Source of the DNA: Patescibacteria group bacterium
Lineage (GTDB): Bacteria > Patescibacteriota > Patescibacteriia > Magasanikbacterales > GWA2-37-8
Assembly: GCA_022710645.1 (NCBI GenBank)
Contig: JAKLGL010000001.1
Span: 343,296-407,295 of the forward strand
Reading direction: 5' to 3'
DNA length: 64,000 bases
A program made the translations under genes and the position numbers. The notes beneath the pieces are model-generated. The model ran no database searches. It was given only the letters and a program-made list of their open reading frames with translations, and was not told where the DNA came from. Below, piece after piece: positions 9,797 to 18,096 of the stretch. The stretch's first letter is position 1. Each line of letters begins with the position of its first letter.

Positions 9797-11605
9797 ATGA
9801 TTTTTAACAAAAATCCACAATCAGCGACAAAGCCCGGAACTCCGCAAAATGGCGGCCAAAGGTATTTTCGTCGCAACTCAGCCGGACGAAATCCGCATTA
9901 CAATCAAACGGCTCGTCCTTCTTTTGCGCGTTTTCGCGCAGAAAATCCAAAACTTCGTATTGCCGTACTTGGCGGACTTGAAGAAGTCGGTCGTAACTGC
10001 ACTTTGCTTGAATACGGCGATGATATTATCATCATAGATATGGGGCTACAATTTCCGGAAGAAGACATGCCAGGTATTGATTATATAATTCCCAACATGT
10101 CTTACCTTAAAGGCAAAGAGAAAAAAATCAAAGGCGTGATTATTACACATGCTCACTACGATCATATCGGGGGTATCCCTCATCTTATCCCGTTACTCGG
10201 TTATCCGCCTATTTTCGGTTTACCGCTTACCAATGCCATTATCAAAAAACGTCAAGATGATTATAAAAATCTCAAACCTCTTAATATTCACAATATCAAT
10301 ATTGACGATAAATTACGTTTGGGAAAATTTGAATTGGAATTTTTTCATTTGAATCATAACATTCCCGATACTATGGGTATTGTGATTAAAACTCCGGAAG
10401 GAAATATCGTTCATACTGGCGATTGGAAATTTGATTATCAACCAACAGGAGAAAAACCGGCCGATTTGCAACGTATCGCTCGCATCGGTAGTGAAGGAGT
10501 ATTGGCCTTACTTTCCGATTCTACCAATGCTTCACAACCGGGTCATCAAATGTCCGAATCTGAAATCAGTACCAATCTGGATGAAATAATTTCTAAAGCA
10601 CCAGGCCGTATCATTATCGGAACTTTTGCTTCTTTACTTTCTCGTATCAAACAAATCGTGGAAACTTGCGAACGTCACGGCAAGGTAATAGCGCTTGACG
10701 GTTTTTCTATGAAAAGTAATGTGGAAATCGCCAAACAACTCGGCTACATGAAATTTTCTCCAAAAACTCTCATCGATTTGCGTCATGTAAATAATTATCC
10801 AAATGAAAAAGTGGTGATTATCTGTACCGGAGCGCAAGGAGAAAAAAATGCATCTCTCATGCGTATTGCCAACGGCGAACACATGTCGGTAAAACTTGTT
10901 CCCGGAGATACGGTAGTATTTTCTTCTTCGGTTATTCCAGGTAATGAACGCACTGTCCAACGTCTCAAAGATACACTTTTCCGCAAGGGCGCGGAAGTTA
11001 TCCATTATCAAATGATGGACGTTCACGCCGGTGGCCACGCTAAAGCTGATGATGTAAAATTGATGATTCGTTTACTTAATCCCAAATACTTTGTACCGAT
11101 TGAAGGCAATCATTTCTTGCTTCATTACAACGCTCGCGTAGCCATGTCTATGGGTTTTCCCAAAGAGAACTGCTTTATTGCCGATAACGGACAAGTGATG
11201 GAATTCTCTGCGGGTACTGGAAAACTAACTAAAGAAAAAATCAATGCCGATTATGTATTCGTAGACGGACTCGGAGTATCTGATGAAACCAATATCGTTC
11301 TTCGCGATCGCCAAGTATTGGCCGAGGACGGTATGATAGTAGTCATTGCGACAGTTGATAGTAAAACCGGAAAACTCATTCAAAATCCGGATATTATTTC
11401 TCGCGGTTTTGTCTTTCTCAAAGAAAACAAAGAAATGATTGAGGATCTACGCCATCGCGTAAAAAAGATGGTTATTGATTCCGATCCTCTTTCTTGGGCT
11501 GACACTAATACTATTCGCAATAAGATTCGCGATTATGTAGGGCAGTTTCTGTATTCAAAAACAGAGAAACGACCAATGGTGTTGCCGGTGGTGATTGAAG
11601 TATAA
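9797..11605 (+). CDS. rnj: ribonuclease J (metallo-beta-lactamase / beta-CASP RNase)
   Basis: 602 aa; HAHYDHIGG zinc-binding motif, beta-CASP region, low-complexity N-terminal extension. Confidence 0.85.
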   Translation: MIFNKNPQSATKPGTPQNGGQRYFRRNSAGRNPHYNQTARPSFARFRAENPKLRIAVLGGLEEVGRNCTLLEYGDDIIIIDMGLQFPEEDMPGIDYIIPNMSYLKGKEKKIKGVIITHAHYDHIGGIPHLIPLLGYPPIFGLPLTNAIIKKRQDDYKNLKPLNIHNINIDDKLRLGKFELEFFHLNHNIPDTMGIVIKTPEGNIVHTGDWKFDYQPTGEKPADLQRIARIGSEGVLALLSDSTNASQPGHQMSESEISTNLDEIISKAPGRIIIGTFASLLSRIKQIVETCERHGKVIALDGFSMKSNVEIAKQLGYMKFSPKTLIDLRHVNNYPNEKVVIICTGAQGEKNASLMRIANGEHMSVKLVPGDTVVFSSSVIPGNERTVQRLKDTLFRKGAEVIHYQMMDVHAGGHAKADDVKLMIRLLNPKYFVPIEGNHFLLHYNARVAMSMGFPKENCFIADNGQVMEFSAGTGKLTKEKINADYVFVDGLGVSDETNIVLRDRQVLAEDGMIVVIATVDSKTGKLIQNPDIISRGFVFLKENKEMIEDLRHRVKKMVIDSDPLSWADTNTIRNKIRDYVGQFLYSKTEKRPMVLPVVIEV

Positions 11606-11660
11606 AATTAGCTAATAAGCTTGTAAGCAATAAAGCTGTAAAGCTAAAATAAAACAAACA

Positions 11661-11691
11661 AAAAAATTTCGCTGATTAAGCGAAATTTTTT
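11661..11691. terminator. bidirectional intrinsic terminator (rnj / hypothetical paralog A1)
   Basis: aatttcgc-tgattaa-gcgaaatt flanked by A-run and T-run. Confidence 0.6.
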
Positions 11692-11707
11692 AAATAAACA
11701 ATTCTAT

Positions 11708-12406
11708 TTAATTTTCCACATTTTCTTCTTGTTCTTTAAATTCTTTTTCTGTTAAGATTCTGCCAAGATAATTTACTTTATTTTCTCGTAAATTATTTAT
11801 GAATTTAGAAAATTCTACGCCCTTATCAAAAGCTTCTGCTATATTTATAATATTTCGTTCACTTTCAGCTGTGTAATAATTACCAACCTGAACAAACTCT
11901 TTAGGAGAAAGATACACTTTTAAACTACCGGAATTTTCCATACCATCAAAAATATCTTTCTTTTCCTCGTGCCATTCAATAAAAGGAGTGAAAGTTTTTT
12001 CTTCTTCCTTAGTAATAACTTTCTGCTCTTCAGCTAAAAGAGGTAACCCAGTATTCAAATCTTGTCTACTTGTAAATTCATCTTTAAATTTAATTATATT
12101 ACTGATTATTTCAATAGACTTTTTACTTAAATCTTCATCCTGTACATCTCTAATTCCAGTACGAAAACATGGCAATTCCAACTTTTCTGCTAATTTTGCA
12201 ATTTTAATTAATTTATCTTTGGTATTTTTATCTAATTCACCACTATTTTTAACAAAATTATCTTTTCCTTTATAGAATTCGTCTTCCAAAGGTTCGTCTT
12301 TTTCAAATAAATTTTGCATTTCTTTTGTAAACTGTTTTAATAGTTCTTTTGTAACTTTTTCTTCTACTTGGTTTTGTAATTCTGGATTATGTCCTTTTTC
12401 TCCCAT
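11708..12406 (-). CDS. hypothetical acidic Lys/Glu-rich protein, paralog A1 (no recognisable domain)
   Basis: 232 aa; roughly 60 percent identical to the ORF at 13449..14171 (shared blocks LIKIAKLAEKL.LPCFRTGIRD, SGSLKVY.SPK, EFSKFINNLR..KVNY.GRILT.KEFKEQEE). Confidence 0.6.
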   Translation of the reverse strand: MGEKGHNPELQNQVEEKVTKELLKQFTKEMQNLFEKDEPLEDEFYKGKDNFVKNSGELDKNTKDKLIKIAKLAEKLELPCFRTGIRDVQDEDLSKKSIEIISNIIKFKDEFTSRQDLNTGLPLLAEEQKVITKEEEKTFTPFIEWHEEKKDIFDGMENSGSLKVYLSPKEFVQVGNYYTAESERNIINIAEAFDKGVEFSKFINNLRENKVNYLGRILTEKEFKEQEENVEN

Positions 12407-12440
12407 ATATTTAAAGTTAAATTAATTAATAACACCCTAT

Positions 12441-12471
12441 ATTCTACCCCCCCCCTATAACTTTTTGTCAA
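12441..12471 (-). promoter_or_regulatory. promoter of paralog A1: TTGACA-19-TAGAAT with a C9/G9 homopolymer in the spacer
   Basis: minus strand reads cgatttcgTTTGACAaaaagttataGGGGGGGGGTAGAATatag; -35 lies within the conserved box ctttttgtcaaacgaaatcg. Confidence 0.5.
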
Positions 12472-12562
12472 ACGAAATCGGTCTTCGGACTACAGGTTAC
12501 TGCCATTCCCGCAAATCCGCCGGTTGACGGAAGGAATTCCGTAACCAATAAATTACACTAAC

Positions 12563-12593
12563 AAAAAACTTCGCCGATTAAGCGAAGTTTTTT
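12563..12593 (-). terminator. intrinsic terminator downstream of the membrane protein gene
   Basis: aacttcgc-cgattaa-gcgaagtt + T-run; near-copy of the 11661 terminator. Confidence 0.55.
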
Positions 12594-12608
12594 AATTCAT
12601 AAATTCAA

Positions 12609-13181
12609 TTATATTTTTTCTATATCCAAGAAACATCCCTCCGGTCTAGTCGGTCCATCTTGTGGTGAATACCAAACTACTAAATAATCGTTTTTTAATG
12701 TTAGCTCAATGCTAGGTTTATCTCTAATTTCATCGGCTTCCATTTTATTATAACCATCTACAGAAATAATACCCCAGCTAAACCAGGGTCCACCCCAATC
12801 TTTGTCTCCAGGAACAGATACAGAAAGTTCAAGGTCAAGTTCATCATGATTTTTTGTCTCTTTAACAGAAAAGTACCCTTTCGAACATTTATCTGTTACT
12901 ACAACTCTAAATCCATACTTTGTATTTTCATACAACACTTGAGAATTTTCTTTTGTTGTTGTAGCAATCACTTTTTCTGCAGGTAAATTTATTTTTTCTT
13001 CCAAACTATTTATTTTATTATTAACCGCAGTAATATCATTTTGTTGATTTACCGCCAAAGTTTGCAATCCTAAACTAATTTGCTTTGATAAGCTGTTATT
13101 TTGTATAAATAAAACTCCGGCAATTATAACAAAACATAATATTGCCACGACTGAAAGGATAAAACTTCTATTTTCCTCCAT
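12609..13181 (-). CDS. hypothetical membrane-anchored protein (N-terminal TM, extracytoplasmic domain)
   Basis: 190 aa; TM segment SFILSVVAILCFVIIAGVLFI; sits between the two A paralogs and has its own promoter and terminator. Confidence 0.55.
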   Translation of the reverse strand: MEENRSFILSVVAILCFVIIAGVLFIQNNSLSKQISLGLQTLAVNQQNDITAVNNKINSLEEKINLPAEKVIATTTKENSQVLYENTKYGFRVVVTDKCSKGYFSVKETKNHDELDLELSVSVPGDKDWGGPWFSWGIISVDGYNKMEADEIRDKPSIELTLKNDYLVVWYSPQDGPTRPEGCFLDIEKI

Positions 13182-13218
13182 ATTTTTAATGATTAAAATA
13201 ATTTAAAAACTGTTTATA

Positions 13219-13248
13219 TTTTACAGCTCCCTGTAACTTTTTGTCAAA
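13219..13248 (-). promoter_or_regulatory. promoter TTGACA-18-TAAAAT sharing the conserved upstream box
   Basis: minus strand cgatttcgTTTGACAaaaagttacagggagctgTAAAATat. Confidence 0.45.
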
Positions 13249-13270
13249 CGAAATCGGTCTTCAAGTTACT

Positions 13271-13376
13271 GTCATTCTGATCCGCCTCAGGCGGAGAAAA
13301 ACCTGCCTGCCGGCAGGCAGGTCTGCAATAAGCAATTATTTTACTTGCAGATCCTTCGTCTACGACTCAGGATGAC
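13271..13376. repeat. MITE-like palindromic element copy A (TIR GTCATTCTGA / TCAGGATGAC)
   Basis: 106 bp; terminal inverted repeats; internal palindromes ccgcctcaggcgg and cctgcctgccggcaggcagg; same family at 14264, 44562, 45306. Confidence 0.7.
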
Positions 13377-13395
13377 AAAAACACCTAAAACAAAT

Positions 13396-13433
13396 AAAAA
13401 ACTTCGTCCACCAACTGGCGGACGAAGTTTTTT
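13396..13433 (-). terminator. intrinsic terminator downstream of paralog A2
   Basis: cttcgtcc-(10 nt loop)-ggacgaag + T-run. Confidence 0.5.
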
Positions 13434-13448
13434 AATACACAAATCTTT

Positions 13449-14171
13449 TTAATTTTTTACTTTTTCTTCTTGTTCTTTAAATTCTTTATCTGTTAAAATT
13501 CTGCCAAAATAATTTACTTTAGTTGCTCGTAAATTATTTATAAACTTAGAAAATTCTACATCTTGATTCAACATCTCTGCTATATTTATAGTTTCCTGAT
13601 GACTTTCGGATATGTAATAATCACCAACTTGGATAATATCTTTGGGAGAAAAATACACTTTTAAACTACCTGACTCTTCCATATATCCACCGAGAGCATC
13701 TACGTCTTCTTTGTTCCATTCAATAAAAGGAATAAAAGATCTTTCTTCTTCATTAACAATGACTTCCTGTTCTTTCAATGAAATAGGAAATCCTTCTGAA
13801 TCTTGTCTGTTTGTAAATTCATTTTTAAATTTAATTTTATCATTAATTACTTCAATAGAATTTTTACTTAAATCTTCATCTCGTCTATCTCTGATTCCAG
13901 TACGAAAACATGGCAATCCTAACTTTTCCGCTAATTTTGCAATTTTAATTAATTTATCTTTGGCATTTTTATCTAATTTACCATCATTTTTAACAAGATC
14001 ATTTTCTCCTTGATAAAATTCGTCTGCCAAAGGTTCTTCCTCTTCAAAAAAACTTTGCATTTCTTCTGCAAGCTGTTTTAATAATTCTTTTTTTCTTTCC
14101 TCTTCTCTTTTAGAATCAATTTCTTTTTCCGTAGCTTTCCCTGGCTCAAAACCTGGTTTTCTCTCTACCAT
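13449..14171 (-). CDS. hypothetical acidic Lys/Glu-rich protein, paralog A2
   Basis: 240 aa; paralog of 11708..12406. Confidence 0.6.
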   Translation of the reverse strand: MVERKPGFEPGKATEKEIDSKREEERKKELLKQLAEEMQSFFEEEEPLADEFYQGENDLVKNDGKLDKNAKDKLIKIAKLAEKLGLPCFRTGIRDRRDEDLSKNSIEVINDKIKFKNEFTNRQDSEGFPISLKEQEVIVNEEERSFIPFIEWNKEDVDALGGYMEESGSLKVYFSPKDIIQVGDYYISESHQETINIAEMLNQDVEFSKFINNLRATKVNYFGRILTDKEFKEQEEKVKN

Positions 14172-14209
14172 ATATTTAAAGTTAAATTAGTTATTTAATA
14201 ATATCCTAT

Positions 14210-14240
14210 ATTCTACCCCCCCCCATTTACTTTTTGTCAA
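14210..14240 (-). promoter_or_regulatory. promoter of paralog A2: TTGACA-19-TAGAAT with C9/G9 spacer tract
   Basis: Same architecture as 12441..12471; C-run at 14216..14224. Confidence 0.5.
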
Positions 14241-14263
14241 ACGAAATCGAGCATTTAATTATG

Positions 14264-14352
14264 GTCATCCTGAGTGAAACGAAGGATCTCTTAAACAGTG
14301 CTTTGGAAAATAAGTTTAACTATAAGGGATTCTTCGCTGCGCTCAGAATGAC
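14264..14352. repeat. MITE-like palindromic element copy B
   Basis: 89 bp; gtcatcctgag...gctcagaatgac termini; internal cgaaggatc / gattcttcg blocks shared with other copies. Confidence 0.65.
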
Positions 14353-14375
14353 ACGTGGGCACGCTCTAAAACAAC

Positions 14376-14405
14376 AAAAACACCCATTGTCGGGTGTTTT
14401 TGTTA
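14376..14405 (-). terminator. intrinsic terminator at the 3' end of the putative RNase P RNA
   Basis: minus strand AAAAACACCC-GACAAU-GGGUGUUUUUGUU. Confidence 0.55.
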
Positions 14406-14411
14406 TATTTT

Positions 14412-15210
14412 CATCCAAAGCTATAAGCCGAATTTCGTCTGTCCGTTGTCTAGTAAAAGACACTGGAGAGATGGTCATTTATCTGGTCGGACACATCGCT
14501 GTGCCGATCTTTGCGAGCTAACTTTCTGAATTCCGACAAGTCGGAAAACATTGCTCTTGCGCCAGGCAGGGTTTGGCACGTCTTTGGCATTACTGCCAAT
14601 CGAGTATGATAGCCCATATATAAGACTTTCACACACTTTTCACCTTTGGCGAGGAAAATTTAATTTTCCGAGTCAATCCCGCCCTTCTTTGTTCCTAATG
14701 TATTCCCTAATCTATCTTTAACCTTTCTCCAAGCTCCACCATATTGTTTTAGAGCTTTTTCTCTATCAAGAGCATCTTGTTTATCAGCAAAAGCTTCATA
14801 ATAGATCAATTTCCAAGGTTTATATTGCTTTGTATAATCAGTACTTCCTGAGTTATGCTCATCAAGTCTTTTATCAGGACTGTGCTGAGTAAAGCCAATA
14901 TAAATTTTATTTGAAAATTGTAAACTTTGGAGAATGTAAATGAAATACATAATACTAAGAACAACGAAGGGCGGGATAACTCGCTGCTTGCGCAGCTCGT
15001 TAGTATAGTCTCTGTGCCACTTTCCCTTTTGCATTGTTACCAATGCAACGGCGGGTATTACCCGCTACCCCTTACCTTGCAAGTAAACGAGACCTCTGTT
15101 TACCAAGAAAAACTTGATTTACAGCCTGTCTATAATTGTTTACTTGATAGAGGCGTTCGGACTTTCCTCTCTAGTCGTATTCCGACTGGAGCGACCATCC
15201 GCTTTGAACC
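14412..15210 (-). ncRNA. rnpB: putative RNase P RNA (bacterial type) carrying a roughly 270-nt insertion in a peripheral helix
   Basis: Minus strand. P4 5' strand GAGGAAAGUCCGAAC (rc of 15154..15166) and P4 3' strand ACAGACGAAAUUCGGCUUAU (rc of about 14422..14441) covary as in E. coli (GGG/CCC replaced by GAA/UUC, bulged U kept). P1 is UCAAAGC/GCUUUGG. GNRA hairpins present; AGAUAAAUGAC resembles the P18-region AGAUGAAUGAC. Consensus promoter TTGACA-17-TACACT (15216..15244) puts the TSS at the P1 start. Terminator hairpin at 14376..14405. Confidence 0.55.
14660..14950 (-). CDS. GIY-YIG nuclease superfamily protein (YhbQ/UPF0213-like), nested inside the putative RNase P RNA
   Basis: MYFIYILQS...KIYIGFTQHSPDKRLDEHNSG...WKLIYYEAFADKQDALDREKALKQYGG matches the GIY/YIG/R/E core of the YhbQ family; start chosen at the Met that aligns with family N-termini. 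Longer ORF to 15043 rejected. Confidence 0.6.
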   Translation of the reverse strand: MYFIYILQSLQFSNKIYIGFTQHSPDKRLDEHNSGSTDYTKQYKPWKLIYYEAFADKQDALDREKALKQYGGAWRKVKDRLGNTLGTKKGGIDSEN

Positions 15211-15215
15211 TTACC

Positions 15216-15244
15216 AGTGTAGCACATTTTAAGGATTTTGTCAA
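15216..15244 (-). promoter_or_regulatory. promoter TTGACA-17-TACACT for the putative rnpB
   Basis: minus strand TTGACAaaatccttaaaatgtgcTACACT; TSS predicted about 7 nt downstream, at the P1 start. Confidence 0.5.
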
Positions 15245-15553
15245 GGGTATGACGACATTTTTTGGCTAAAAATAGCATAAAAAACTCAAATCTCAAAACG
15301 CAAAAGTCAAAACTACAGCCTTAAATGTCAGGGCTGGACAAGTTTTAAGGTTTTGAACTGTGGCTTTGAGCTTTGACACTTGAGTTTTGAGATAAGCCCC
15401 TTTTCTCTTTGACTAAAACCCAAATCTATAATAAAATAACAATAATTTCAATTAATCTTTTCCATACTTCTATATATCGCTTGCTTCGCAATGATATAGG
15501 CTCATTCGCTCAAAAATATTTATAAATAAACATTTTATTCACTCATTTAGCTT

Positions 15554-16972
15554 ATGAAACGTTTTGAACTTTTTTTCACTTTTCTTCAACTTCCCCTAGA
15601 TTATCTCATGATTGTTTTGGCCGGATTTTCCGCTTACAGTTTACGCTATACCGAATTTGTCAAAAGTATCCGTCCGATAATGTTTAATTTATCTTGGCAA
15701 AATTATTGGCCCATAGTGCTCTTTGTAGCCGCGGTTTGGGTAGTTATTTTCGCTTTTTCCGGACTTTACAACACTGACCTTAATCGTCGAATATTGAAAG
15801 ATATCAACCGTATCTTTTTCGCTTGCGCCACCGGTTTTGCCGGTATCACGATTTATGTTTTTTTTACTTTGCAAAAATTTGATTCTCGCTTTTTAGTGTT
15901 GATGGGTTGGATTTTAGCGTTCTTTTATGTAGTTTTTATCAGAGCAATAATTCGCGGAATAAAAATTTTTCTCTATAGCAAAGGATTCGGTTTGCGCAAA
16001 ACCATTGTTATAGGTTCACAAAATATAGCTTCACGTATTATAGATAATATCAATAATCGTCCGGCCCTTGGTTATAAAATAGTAGGCAATTTTGACACCT
16101 TCAACGAACAAATCGCCGTGCAAATTAAAAAATTAAAACCCGATGATATTATTTTTGCCGATCCAAAAGCCAATCAAGACGAAGCTCTCTCCGCTATTGA
16201 TTTTGCCAATGAAAACCACTTATCTTTCAAATATTCCGCCGACCTACTTGATACCATCACCACCAATATTTCCGTTAGTACAATAGACGATATTCCGATA
16301 ATAGAGTTAAAACGAACAAAATTATCCGCTTGGGGTAGAATTTTCAAAAGGATAATGGATATTATCGGAAGTTTTATTTTGATAATTTTATCTTCACCTG
16401 TTTATTTACTAGTTTCTTTGATAATTTTGATAGAAACCGGCAGACCGGTAGTTTACAAAAATGAACGTGTCGGGCAAAATGGTAAAAACTTTTTTACATA
16501 TAAGTTTCGTTCCATGTATCAAAAATACTGCACCGGCGCGCAATTTGGGGCTCAAGGTCAAGAAGCTTTGGAAAAAGAAAAAGAATTGATAAAAGAATTG
16601 AGCATAAAAAAAGGTCCGGTTTACAAAATAGCCAATGATCCGCGTGTTACTCCTTTTGGCCGTTTTATTCGCCGCTGGAGCTTGGACGAATTTCCGCAAT
16701 TTTTTAACGTTTTCATCGGCAATATGAGTTTAGTCGGACCACGACCTCATCAACCCCGCGAAGTGGAAAAATACAAAAAACATCACAAAATCGTATTGGC
16801 TATCAAGCCGGGTATCACCGGTTTGGCCCAAATTTCCGGACGCAGTGATTTGAGTTTTGAAGACGAAGTGCGTTTGGATACTTTTTATATTGAAAACTGG
16901 AGATTACTTTTGGACTTGATAATTCTCTTTAAAACACCATTTGTGGTTTTGAGTAGAAAAGGAGCGAAATAA
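15554..16972 (+). CDS. polyprenyl-phosphate sugar phosphotransferase (WbaP/CpsE-like initiating enzyme)
   Basis: 472 aa; N-terminal TM bundle; C-terminal bacterial sugar transferase domain ([16 protein letters not shown]...[24 protein letters not shown]). Confidence 0.8.
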   Translation: MKRFELFFTFLQLPLDYLMIVLAGFSAYSLRYTEFVKSIRPIMFNLSWQNYWPIVLFVAAVWVVIFAFSGLYNTDLNRRILKDINRIFFACATGFAGITIYVFFTLQKFDSRFLVLMGWILAFFYVVFIRAIIRGIKIFLYSKGFGLRKTIVIGSQNIASRIIDNINNRPALGYKIVGNFDTFNEQIAVQIKKLKPDDIIFADPKANQDEALSAIDFANENHLSFKYSADLLDTITTNISVSTIDDIPIIELKRTKLSAWGRIFKRIMDIIGSFILIILSSPVYLLVSLIILIETGRPVVYKNERVGQNGKNFFTYKFRSMYQKYCTGAQFGAQGQEALEKEKELIKELSIKKGPVYKIANDPRVTPFGRFIRRWSLDEFPQFFNVFIGNMSLVGPRPHQPREVEKYKKHHKIVLAIKPGITGLAQISGRSDLSFEDEVRLDTFYIENWRLLLDLIILFKTPFVVLSRKGAK

Positions 16973-16975
16973 AAT

Positions 16976-18094
16976 ATGAAAATTGCATTGGTCCATGATT
17001 ATTTAGCGCAAGACGGAGGGGCGGAAAAAGTATTATGGTCCCTCCACCAAATTTGGCCGGAGGCGCCAATTTTTGTTTTATTTCATGATGAAAAAAAATT
17101 GGACCAATTCAAAAAAGATCAAATAAAAGAAAGTTTTTTGAAAAATTTCCCTTTTGTAAATTCTCGTTATCAATGGTATCTGCCTTTGATGCCTATTGCC
17201 ACGGAAAAACATGACTTGAAAAATTTTGACGTGGTCATTTCTTCCACTTCACTGTTTGCCAAAGGCGTTATCACTTCTCCAAATACTCTGCATATTTCTT
17301 ATTGTCATACTCCCCCGCGTTTTTTATGGTCTGACACGCATAAATATTTGGATGACTTTCGTTATAATTTTTTCATCAAACTTTTTTCACCGAATTTTAT
17401 TCACCGTTTACGTATTTGGGATAAGATGAGCGCCGACAGAGTTGATGATTTTATCGCCAATTCTTTTACCGTTGCCAAACGTATCCAAAAATATTACCGA
17501 CGCGAGGCTGAAATCATCAATCCGCCAGTAGAAACGGAGCAATTTAAAATTTCTCCTATTCTTGGAAATTATTATCTTGCCGGAGGACGATTGGTGCCCT
17601 ATAAAAAATTTGATTTAATTGTTAAAGTTTTTAATCGCCTGGGAACTCCGCTAAAAATTTTTGGTGACGGTCCGGAATTAAAACATCTCAAAAAAATTGC
17701 GAAAACCAATATTGAATTCTTGGGACGTATTAACGAAGAACAAAAAGCGGAATTAATGAGTAAATCTCTGGCTTTTATCCATCCGCAAATGGAAGATTTT
17801 GGTATTACGGCGATAGAAAGCATGGCTGCGGGACGACCGGTTATTGCTTATGGTGTTGGCGGAGCGCAAGAAACCGTTATCGACGGCGAAACCGGAATAC
17901 TCATAAAAAATCAAACTTGGGAAAATCTTTTTGATACTATCTTAAATTTTCATCCTGAGAATTGGGACAGTGGAAAAATTCGCGCGCATGCGGAAAAATT
18001 TGATGAAAAAATATTCAAGGAAAAAATAAAAAAATTCATTGAAGATAAATACGAAGAATTCAAAAAAGGATTGGTTCAAGACAAACTTCTTTAA
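16976..18094 (+). CDS. glycosyltransferase family 4
   Basis: GT-B C-terminal motif FIHPQMEDFGITAIESMAAGRPVIAYGVGGAQETV (E-x7-E type). Confidence 0.75.
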   Translation: MKIALVHDYLAQDGGAEKVLWSLHQIWPEAPIFVLFHDEKKLDQFKKDQIKESFLKNFPFVNSRYQWYLPLMPIATEKHDLKNFDVVISSTSLFAKGVITSPNTLHISYCHTPPRFLWSDTHKYLDDFRYNFFIKLFSPNFIHRLRIWDKMSADRVDDFIANSFTVAKRIQKYYRREAEIINPPVETEQFKISPILGNYYLAGGRLVPYKKFDLIVKVFNRLGTPLKIFGDGPELKHLKKIAKTNIEFLGRINEEQKAELMSKSLAFIHPQMEDFGITAIESMAAGRPVIAYGVGGAQETVIDGETGILIKNQTWENLFDTILNFHPENWDSGKIRAHAEKFDEKIFKEKIKKFIEDKYEEFKKGLVQDKLL

Positions 18095-18096
18095 AT

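Noticed and set aside
14234-15232. ORFs 14234..14521(+), 14450..14632(-), 14927..15232(+), and the long form of the GIY-YIG ORF starting at 15043
   Set aside because: They lie within the putative RNase P RNA or MITE copy B. The GIY-YIG family alignment supports the start at 14950, and the upstream extension reads through conserved RNA helices.
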